From positions 1,766 to 65,765 of the forward strand of contig JBAXDH010000006.1 of assembly GCA_037141055.1 (NCBI GenBank): DNA of 64,000 nt, given 5' to 3'. A program made the position numbers and the translations under genes. Numbering within the stretch: the first letter of the stretch is position 1; every line of letters starts with the position of its first letter. The notes under the pieces were generated by a model. It was given only the letters and a program-made list of their open reading frames with translations, searched no databases and had not been told where the DNA came from. This document shows positions 56,602-64,000 of the stretch, piece by piece. Source of the stretch: a bacterium. GTDB taxonomy: Bacteria; Bacteroidota; Bacteroidia; Bacteroidales; FEN-979.

Positions 56602-58449
56602 TTAAATGTTAAATTTTCTGTTCAGCTCATTGTATGAAACAACCATCATGGTCTGTTTTCCGTCGGGTGAAACACCAGGGGTTTGACATGCAAACAGTGT
56701 TTCAATCAACGAGTCAATTTCCTCCTGATGCAATCTTTTCCCGCGTTTCACGGAAAGTTTTTTCGCCAGTGTTTTTGCAAGCAGCTGACGCTCATTCATT
56801 TTATGGTCCGGACCCGGTGATTTGAGCGATTCAAGGACCGATTCTATAAACATCCTGACATCCGTCGCCTCCATATTTACTGGAATTGAACGTACGATGT
56901 AGCTGCCCTTTCCGAAATGGTCTATTTCGAATCCGAGTTCCCTGAAATAGCTTTGCCATTCCTGGAAAACCTGGGCATCGTCGGGGCTCAGGGTGATGGT
57001 CTGAGGAATCAGCTGATGCTGCCCGGGGCTTTCTTCAAGCCGGTTTTCTTCTAAAAACCTTTCGTACAGAACCCTTTCATGGGCATGCTGCTGGTCGATG
57101 ATGATGATCCCCGATTTGGTATGGGTGACCAGGAATGAGTTTTGAACCTGAATACCTTTTGTACTGCCCTCATTTGCGACTTCTGCAGCATCCCATAACT
57201 GGCCGGGTATTTCAACTTCGGTTCCGGGATGTTCGGTTATCCCGGCAGACGGCGGCATGGTTTCATACAAGTCGCGCCAGCCCTGGATCGATGGCGGATT
57301 CTTTTGCGGGAATGAGAAACTGGTTTGAGGCTGCGTTTTCTTTTCGAAAGGATTGTAGTCAGGATTTACCGTGATGACAGGTTGTTTTACCGGTTGACTT
57401 TCCGGGATATATGGGAAGGTCATGCTTGGTTCCGTTTCAAAATCAAGCGTTGGCGAAAGGCTGAATTTACCGATGGCTTGTTTTACAGCAGCATGAAGGA
57501 TGGCATAAATGCTCTTGATATCCTGGAAGTTGATTTCGGTTTTAGTCGGATGGATGTTGACATCGATCGTTTGCGGATCCACCTCCATATAGATGTAGTA
57601 GGAGGGAACCGAATCATCCGGAATGAGTTCCCTGAAGGCTCCTTCAACAGCATGGTGCAGGTACGGGCTTTTCATGTACCTGCCGTTGGTGAAGAAATAC
57701 TGTTCACCCCTGCTTTTTTTTGCAAACTCCGGCTTGCCGATAAATCCTGATATATTGACCAGGTCGGTTTGCTGTTCCACCGGGATAAGTCGTTGAGTAT
57801 AGGAGGTTCCGTACAGGTTGATGATCCGTTGTTTGAGATTTCCCGTGGGAAGTTGAAACTGAATTTTGTCCTGGTTATAAAAAGTAAACGCAATGTCGGG
57901 ATTTACCAATGCCACGCGAAAGAACTCTTCAATGATGTATTTCAGTTCAAGCGTATTCGATTTGAGAAAATTCCTGCGTGCCGGTACATTGAAAAACAGG
58001 TTTTTAACACTCACCGTTGTTCCGTTCTGGCAGTTAACAGGCGACTGCCCTTTAAATTCGGTTCCTTCAACCATGATTGAAGTTCCGATCTCATCTTCAT
58101 GGCGTTTTGTTTTTAGCTCCACCTGGGCGATGGATGCAATCGAAGCAAGCGCTTCACCACGGAAGCCAAGTGTTCGGATAGCGAGGAGATCGTCAGCTTT
58201 CTGGATTTTAGAAGTTGCGTGACGCTCAAAGCACATCCGGGCATCTCTTTCGGACATGCCACATCCGTTATCGGTAACCTGGATAAGGAGTTTTCCCGAA
58301 TCCTTGATAATCAGTTTAATATCCGTAGCGCCGGCATCGATGGTGTTTTCCAGCAATTCCTTAACGGCGGATGCAGGCCGCTGAACTACTTCTCCGGCAG
58401 CAATTTGATTGGCAACCGAATCAGGCAAGAGACGAATAATATCATTCAT
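56602..58449 (-). CDS. mutL: DNA mismatch repair protein MutL
   Basis: NQIAAGEVVQRP, HATSK, GFRGEALASI, DVNIHPTK; start MNDII 58449. Confidence 0.97.
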   Translation of the reverse strand: MNDIIRLLPDSVANQIAAGEVVQRPASAVKELLENTIDAGATDIKLIIKDSGKLLIQVTDNGCGMSERDARMCFERHATSKIQKADDLLAIRTLGFRGEALASIASIAQVELKTKRHEDEIGTSIMVEGTEFKGQSPVNCQNGTTVSVKNLFFNVPARRNFLKSNTLELKYIIEEFFRVALVNPDIAFTFYNQDKIQFQLPTGNLKQRIINLYGTSYTQRLIPVEQQTDLVNISGFIGKPEFAKKSRGEQYFFTNGRYMKSPYLHHAVEGAFRELIPDDSVPSYYIYMEVDPQTIDVNIHPTKTEINFQDIKSIYAILHAAVKQAIGKFSLSPTLDFETEPSMTFPYIPESQPVKQPVITVNPDYNPFEKKTQPQTSFSFPQKNPPSIQGWRDLYETMPPSAGITEHPGTEVEIPGQLWDAAEVANEGSTKGIQVQNSFLVTHTKSGIIIIDQQHAHERVLYERFLEENRLEESPGQHQLIPQTITLSPDDAQVFQEWQSYFRELGFEIDHFGKGSYIVRSIPVNMEATDVRMFIESVLESLKSPGPDHKMNERQLLAKTLAKKLSVKRGKRLHQEEIDSLIETLFACQTPGVSPDGKQTMMVVSYNELNRKFNI

Positions 58450-58566
58450 TCCGGCAAAAATACCCAATAAAATAAAGCACCATTGAATAAATGTTCAATG
58501 GTGCAAAACGATTCAGATGAGTCTCAGAAAATTTACCTTTTAAACAAAAAGGCAAGGTGTCATTCT

Positions 58567-59127
58567 TCAGAATCTGGACTTGTCCAGAACCGGGAACCTC
58601 ATCTGTACCAGATAAAAGGCTCCATAGAATACCGCACTGAAAAACGTAGTTCCAAGAAGGTCGTTCATAAAGAACGACAAACCATTGGTCGTATCACGGA
58701 AAAACATAAGGCCTGCTATGTAACATTCAGCAAGGCCGGCGGAAGTTTGCGGGTAGAACGGACTGGCAATCCAGGATGAAAAGTTTGTTATCAGAAAAAA
58801 GATAACAGCTGAAGAAAATGAAGCCAGTACGACGGATCCCACATTTACCTTTTTCCGGATCGCAATACCAATAAGAACCGTGATGGCAAAACTCATATAA
58901 ACCGCAGGCATATTGGCATGCAGACCAATAACGAGATCGCTTATGAACATCGCGGCGATCGGAATGGCGAAAGCAAATTGCTTTCTGTCGAAATAGGTAC
59001 CAGCAAAAAGAGCCATGGCTGCAATCGGCGTGAAGTTTGGCCAATGCGGCAGCAGCCTCAACAGGGCTGCAACAAGAATAACTGAGAAAACAACGATAAA
59101 TCTAGGATTGATAGACTTATATTTCAT
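58567..59127 (-). CDS. DUF6580-like membrane protein (ECF S-component-like)
   Basis: About 6 TMs; RLLPHWPNFTPIAAMALFAG, FFLITNF..W, Y.AGL.FF. Confidence 0.7.
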   Translation of the reverse strand: MKYKSINPRFIVVFSVILVAALLRLLPHWPNFTPIAAMALFAGTYFDRKQFAFAIPIAAMFISDLVIGLHANMPAVYMSFAITVLIGIAIRKKVNVGSVVLASFSSAVIFFLITNFSSWIASPFYPQTSAGLAECYIAGLMFFRDTTNGLSFFMNDLLGTTFFSAVFYGAFYLVQMRFPVLDKSRF

Positions 59128-59240
59128 TAAAATTTTATGTTTAGAATGTTACAAAAATAGTAAATCATTTTAACAAAAGTCAAGTGTTATGAAAAATAGT
59201 TTATATTTTTGGCGAACAAGCATTAAACCAATACCTTAAA

Positions 59241-60881
59241 ATGACCATAAACATTCTCTTTTCATTTTTACTGACCACCTGGTTTTTCAATGGATTTTCG
59301 CCGATGAAGGATAAAGTCGATTTAATCGTAATAAATGCTACGATTTACACCGCAGATGCTGTTAATTCCAGAGCGCAGGCGATGGCGGTTCAGGATGGAA
59401 AAATACTGGCAATCGGTTCAAACAAGACTGTTTCTGACAGATATGATGCCACGAAGGTGCTTGATTTGCAGGGGAAATTTGTCTACCCCGGGTTTATTGA
59501 CGCACATTGCCATTTTACAGGTTATGCCGTAGGACTGCAATATGTTGATCTTCTCGGGTGTAAATCCTTTGAAGAGGTCCTGGACCGTCTGAAAAAGGCA
59601 AAAAAAGTGGTTCCGGGGCAATGGCTTGTTGGCAGGGGGTGGGATCAGAATTTATGGACAGATAAAAAATTTCCGGATAATGTCCGGCTGAATAACCTGT
59701 TTCATAACATCCCTGTCATGCTGATCAGGGTTGACGGCCATGTTGTCCTGGCCAATGATAAAGCCCTGGAAACTGCGAAAATCGATAAGGATAACCGGTT
59801 TGGAAGTGAACAGGTCGAGGTGAAAAATGGCAGGCTCACCGGAATCCTGAGTGAAATGGCCGCTGACAGGATGCGGGCAGCTGTTCCTGAACCTTCGGGC
59901 AATGAATTGGTAAATCTCCTGAGAAGTGCTGAACAGCAATGTTTCGCCGTTGGCCTTACCACCGTGAGTGATGCGGGTCTTGATTATTCGCAGGTGAAGG
60001 AAATGGAATCCCTGCAAAAGAACGGCGTTCTGAAAATGAATGCATATGTCATGCTTACTCCAAATGCAAAGAACCTTGATGAATTCGTCAGGAAAGGCAT
60101 TTACACGAATGACCGCCTCGTTGTACGAAGTATCAAATTATACGCGGATGGCAGTCTGGGCAGCAGAACGGCAAAGCTGAAACAACCATACGCTGATGCA
60201 TCCCCGGGATCGGGAATTATCGTGACATCGCCGGATTCCATCAGAAAATTGTGCGAAATCGCCTTCCGCTCCGGCTACCAGGTTAATACCCACTGCATTG
60301 GCGATTCTGCCAGCCACCTGATTTTGAAGATCTATGCGGAATTTTTAAAAGAAAAGAACGACCTGCGATGGAGAATCGAACACGCGCAGGTTGTTGATCC
60401 TGCAGATATCCACATGTTCGGCGATTATTCGGTGATCCCCTCGGTGCAGGCTACGCATGCCACCTCGGATATGAGATGGGCAGGCGACAGGCTTGGTCCG
60501 GTCAGGATCAGGGGAGCATACGCCTACAAAAACCTGATGAATCAAAACGGATGGATTGCAAACGGCACGGATTTCCCTATAGAAAATATTGCTCCGCTGT
60601 TTACATTCTATGCAGCCGTTGTAAGAAAAGATCTGTCAGGGTTTCCGGCAGAAGGTTACATGATGGAGAATGCTTTGTCGCGGGAAGAAGCCCTGCGGTC
60701 TATCACTATCTGGGCTGCAAAAGCCGACTTCATGGAAAATTCAAAAGGAAGTCTTGAAAAAGGGAAAGACGCTGATTTTGTTGTTCTTGAAGAGGATATA
60801 ATGCAAATCCCACACATGGCCATACCGGGTGTAAATGTTTTGCAGACATATATCCTGGGTGAAAGTGTCTGGTCAAAATAA
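59241..60881 (+). CDS. Amidohydrolase (YtcJ-like, Amidohydro_3)
   Basis: PGFIDAHCH, RVDGH, DGSLGSR, HCIGD, RIEHAQ, GTDFP, GKDADFVVL. Confidence 0.9.
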   Translation: MTINILFSFLLTTWFFNGFSPMKDKVDLIVINATIYTADAVNSRAQAMAVQDGKILAIGSNKTVSDRYDATKVLDLQGKFVYPGFIDAHCHFTGYAVGLQYVDLLGCKSFEEVLDRLKKAKKVVPGQWLVGRGWDQNLWTDKKFPDNVRLNNLFHNIPVMLIRVDGHVVLANDKALETAKIDKDNRFGSEQVEVKNGRLTGILSEMAADRMRAAVPEPSGNELVNLLRSAEQQCFAVGLTTVSDAGLDYSQVKEMESLQKNGVLKMNAYVMLTPNAKNLDEFVRKGIYTNDRLVVRSIKLYADGSLGSRTAKLKQPYADASPGSGIIVTSPDSIRKLCEIAFRSGYQVNTHCIGDSASHLILKIYAEFLKEKNDLRWRIEHAQVVDPADIHMFGDYSVIPSVQATHATSDMRWAGDRLGPVRIRGAYAYKNLMNQNGWIANGTDFPIENIAPLFTFYAAVVRKDLSGFPAEGYMMENALSREEALRSITIWAAKADFMENSKGSLEKGKDADFVVLEEDIMQIPHMAIPGVNVLQTYILGESVWSK

Positions 60882-60911
60882 AACGAGGCTGCAAAAACAG
60901 CAGCCTCGTTT
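60881..60911. terminator. Bidirectional intrinsic terminator
   Basis: AAACGAGGCTGC-aaaaaca-GCAGCCTCGTTT. Confidence 0.8.
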
Positions 60912-60945
60912 GGAAAAATAACCGTTGTGTTGTATTAATCGTTGT

Positions 60946-62754
60946 TTACTCCTTTGTCAGCCTGGAGATGAGGAGTTTATCACCCCTTGTAGTTTCACTG
61001 AAGAAATACAAATAATCCCTGGTCGACAAGACGTTATTCTTCGGATACAGATAATATTTCCGGTTTTCATCTTCACCCAATGTTTTGAAGTCTGATGCTT
61101 TTTGTGTTGCCAGGTCGATATTGCCGTATTCAATTGAATAAAGAGGAGTGTAGGAAGTTGTAGTTGTCGTAGTACTAAATCCTATGTCTGTACTTGATTC
61201 TTTCTCAATGGCTTTAACGATGTGAAGAATCCAGTTCAATTTTGTTTTGTCGGCACTTTCATAAACCGAACTTGTGGTGGGGATCATGTCAGATGTGAGC
61301 GGTGAATGATTGAAAAATCCCTTCTTGTTTTTCTGATCAATATTGACGGTGTAGTTCTTGATCAATTCGCCCTTCTGTGTGAAGTGGAGCATGTACATTC
61401 CTTTGTAAATGTAAGGCCGGTAGTCCGATTTGCTTTTTTTAAAGTCCTGGATGCTTAAAACAATGCTGTTATCACTCAGGAAGTTGACATTGGATACCGT
61501 AAACAACTTTCCGTCGAATTTTAATGGTTTTTTCATGTCAGGAGGACAGGTAGCCTTTTCATTAACTTCCTCAATTTCTGTTAATTTACTGCCAGCAGCG
61601 CCATCCCTGAGCCTGCAAAAAACAAAAGAGTTGTAGGTTAACAGATCTAATCCCTCGTCAATCGCTTCTTGCGTGACACCTGTTTCATCCTTTCCTGAAA
61701 ATGTGCTGCCCATTTTTGCAAAACCACTAAATGCTCCTGCCGTTGAAGTGTTGGCCTGTGCCTGATCTGCCGCATCGTTGCTGGTTGTGGCAACACATCC
61801 TGACTTGAAGATCTGATTGATGTATTTGCTGTCTTTACCACTGCCCATCCCATATAGCAGAACTGAATTTTCCTTCTCGTATGCACCAATAATGCGCCAT
61901 CCAACGGTTGGGGCGTTAAACTTGATGCGTTCGACTATTTTTCCCTCGGGTGTTATCCGAAGATATTCAAACGAATGAGGATCAGGTGCGGTATTGTTTT
62001 TAAGCACATTGGTAGGGGCATACACAAGGATCCAGTCCCTGGGCATATCGTCATTCTCAATCGATTCGCTTTGATCGTCTGTTATTGGTTCCGAATAAAC
62101 GCAGGTCATGGAATAGGGGAATTGAATTTTTTCAAGTACCTTAATATTCAGGTCATTATCACTTTTCAATAAGTCATAGCTGCCGAATAATTTGTCCTTG
62201 GGGTCACCCGCATTGACTGCCATGACTAAAATAGTACTGTCCCTTTCAACCTCATAGACACCGCCATAAAATTTGTACTTTTTCCCATCTTCGTTTTTTG
62301 GTTTAACCTTTTCCAGGAGTTTTACTTTCCTTTCGTACTGGCCGGTCCACCAGTTATATCTGGCTGTAATTCTTTTCTTTCTGAAAACAAGATCTGCTGT
62401 CAGATTTGCTGATGCTGAAGTATTGTTGGCCAAGAAATAATCACCTTTGTAGTTGAACCATTTCCATTGTTTGCGGGCTTTCTCAATTTCCAATTCATCC
62501 TTATCTATTCCAAGTAACGTTTCATCCTTGTCAAAATGATAAATTTCAGATTTGATCTTCCTGGCTGAAGATGGCAAAATGTAGATCATGTCAAAGTTGC
62601 CATTATCTTTTTCTTCAACTTTTCCAAGATATCCCTTTTTTGCTTTTCGGGAAATCTCATAATCTTTTTCAAGCATCATATTTTGAGAGAAAACAGCAGT
62701 CAGGCTGCTGAAAAACAGGAAAATAGTTCCAAATATTAATTTAGAATGCCTCAT
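60946..62754 (-). CDS. Secreted hypothetical protein (beta-rich, unknown family)
   Basis: 602 aa, signal ...VFS|Q, no recognisable catalytic motif or T9SS CTD. Confidence 0.7.
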   Translation of the reverse strand: MRHSKLIFGTIFLFFSSLTAVFSQNMMLEKDYEISRKAKKGYLGKVEEKDNGNFDMIYILPSSARKIKSEIYHFDKDETLLGIDKDELEIEKARKQWKWFNYKGDYFLANNTSASANLTADLVFRKKRITARYNWWTGQYERKVKLLEKVKPKNEDGKKYKFYGGVYEVERDSTILVMAVNAGDPKDKLFGSYDLLKSDNDLNIKVLEKIQFPYSMTCVYSEPITDDQSESIENDDMPRDWILVYAPTNVLKNNTAPDPHSFEYLRITPEGKIVERIKFNAPTVGWRIIGAYEKENSVLLYGMGSGKDSKYINQIFKSGCVATTSNDAADQAQANTSTAGAFSGFAKMGSTFSGKDETGVTQEAIDEGLDLLTYNSFVFCRLRDGAAGSKLTEIEEVNEKATCPPDMKKPLKFDGKLFTVSNVNFLSDNSIVLSIQDFKKSKSDYRPYIYKGMYMLHFTQKGELIKNYTVNIDQKNKKGFFNHSPLTSDMIPTTSSVYESADKTKLNWILHIVKAIEKESSTDIGFSTTTTTTSYTPLYSIEYGNIDLATQKASDFKTLGEDENRKYYLYPKNNVLSTRDYLYFFSETTRGDKLLISRLTKE

Positions 62755-62970
62755 TGTTATGTTCTGTTATAGTTGTGGATATTTAATTTATTTAAGCAAA
62801 ATTAGAAATTATAATGGAATGAGCATGGAATTATTAAATATTTATGCACTTTTTTATCTGAATAGTTTTAAAGCACAATCATGAACATCAAAATGCGGCA
62901 GATTGTTTTAACACTGTGGCAAAGAATCAGGAAAGGGCGAGGGGACTATTGAGTCTGAAAAGAATTGATT

Positions 62971-64000
62971 TCAATCTTTTTTCCTATTGTCAATGAATTT
63001 GACAGGTTTCCGGCTGAGTTCAGGAAAAAGCATTTTTTGTATGGTGCTTTCAGGAGCAAATTTTATCAGGGGTGCCACCCGGAGCCTCGCCCTGAAATGA
63101 TCCTTGATATCATTTTCCTTTTCTTCCCCGATCCCATTGCCGCTAAGGTGCAGTAAAATTTCATCGGTTCCGATCTCATTTGTATATACCTCAACAATAT
63201 AATTTGAAATGTAGCCGATGTTATCCAGAATGTCATAAAGTGCGGAAGGGAATAGGGTGGTGCCTTTGTATTTGATCATCTGGTTCTTTCTCCCAATGAT
63301 TGGCCCAAGTCGTGTGGTTTGTCTGCCGCAGGCACACGGGGTATTGAAATGGTAACAAACATCGCCGGTTTTAAAGCGCAGCAAAGGCATGGCCTCAACC
63401 CCAAGTGTGGTGACTGTCACCTCACCAGGTTCTCCCGGTCCTACGGGATTGTTATGATCGTCGAGAAATTCGACGATGATCAGTTCGGGGTGATGATGGC
63501 CGCCGGTTCCCTCCGGGCATTCGGTAAAGGACGTCGCCATTTCTGTTGAGGCATAGGTAGAAAACAACTTGATGTCCCACTTTTCCGTTATCTTTCTTCC
63601 AAGCGTGTTAAAAGAGAGATCATTTTCACGCAGCGGCTCTCCAATGCAAACCGCACTTTTTACGCTGCTTGACCGGTAATCGATTCCGTGCTGTTCGGCA
63701 TGTTCAATGATCTTCAGGATGAAAGAAGGAACGGCTATGATTGTGTTCGGCTTTATGCGCCGAATCGTATCCCATTGCAATTCGGGAATTCCGTTGCCAA
63801 CCCTGACCACACCAGCGCCGAGCATCCTGATTCCCAGGAAATACGCCAGGCCGGCCATGAATCTCCTATCCATGGTAGTCATAAGCTGGTAGACATCTGC
63901 TGAAGTTCCGCCGGCACAGGCAAAAGAAATAGCCTCATTATACGCCAGGCGGTCAAGATCCTTGGCGGTCAGGGCAAATGTTACCGGGTCGCCCAATGTG
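62971..64000 (-). CDS. Phenylacetate-CoA ligase (PaaK-like) AMP-binding protein, 5' end outside the window
   Basis: IGEP, YASTE, GEVTVTTL, PLLRFKTGD, GRKNQMIKYKG. Confidence 0.85.
   Translation of the reverse strand, partial: TLGDPVTFALTAKDLDRLAYNEAISFACAGGTSADVYQLMTTMDRRFMAGLAYFLGIRMLGAGVVRVGNGIPELQWDTIRRIKPNTIIAVPSFILKIIEHAEQHGIDYRSSSVKSAVCIGEPLRENDLSFNTLGRKITEKWDIKLFSTYASTEMATSFTECPEGTGGHHHPELIIVEFLDDHNNPVGPGEPGEVTVTTLGVEAMPLLRFKTGDVCYHFNTPCACGRQTTRLGPIIGRKNQMIKYKGTTLFPSALYDILDNIGYISNYIVEVYTNEIGTDEILLHLSGNGIGEEKENDIKDHFRARLRVAPLIKFAPESTIQKMLFPELSRKPVKFIDNRKKD

Noticed and set aside
56602-57120. Degenerate MutL endonuclease motifs (DQQHAHERVLYE, no CPHGRP)
   Set aside because: To my knowledge such divergence is usual for Bacteroidota MutL; not specific to this window

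Overview
The window comes from a Bacteroidota (probably Bacteroidales-type) chromosome: it shows TAnnTTTG promoters, Gln-start secreted proteins and T9SS C-terminal domains. Most of it is housekeeping: a MacAB-like ABC exporter, M3 peptidase, nhaA, ffh, folD, queE, a PorE-like OmpA protein, thrS-infC-rpmI-rplT, ndk, DHH, FKBPs, uvrB, rhomboids, mutL, an amidohydrolase and a PaaK-like ligase. The standout is an ~18.5 kb co-oriented locus (6341-24803) that looks like a chaperone-usher-type pilus system, which is not the recognised pilus type of this phylum. It has five Cys-poor pilin-like subunits with the C-terminal Gly(-14)/penultimate-Tyr strand or a close variant (two are a tandem-duplicated major subunit), a PapD-like chaperone and an usher-like barrel protein. 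A 3552-aa T9SS-cargo adhesin lies 6 nt upstream of the first pilin. The adhesin and both major-pilin copies share a sigma54-like promoter architecture with near-identical spacing (paired TTCC-N7-GGAA-like sites, IHF site, GG-N10-G[C/T]). A sigma54 enhancer-binding two-component pair lies 3.4 kb downstream. All family calls are from motif recognition by eye; no searches were run.
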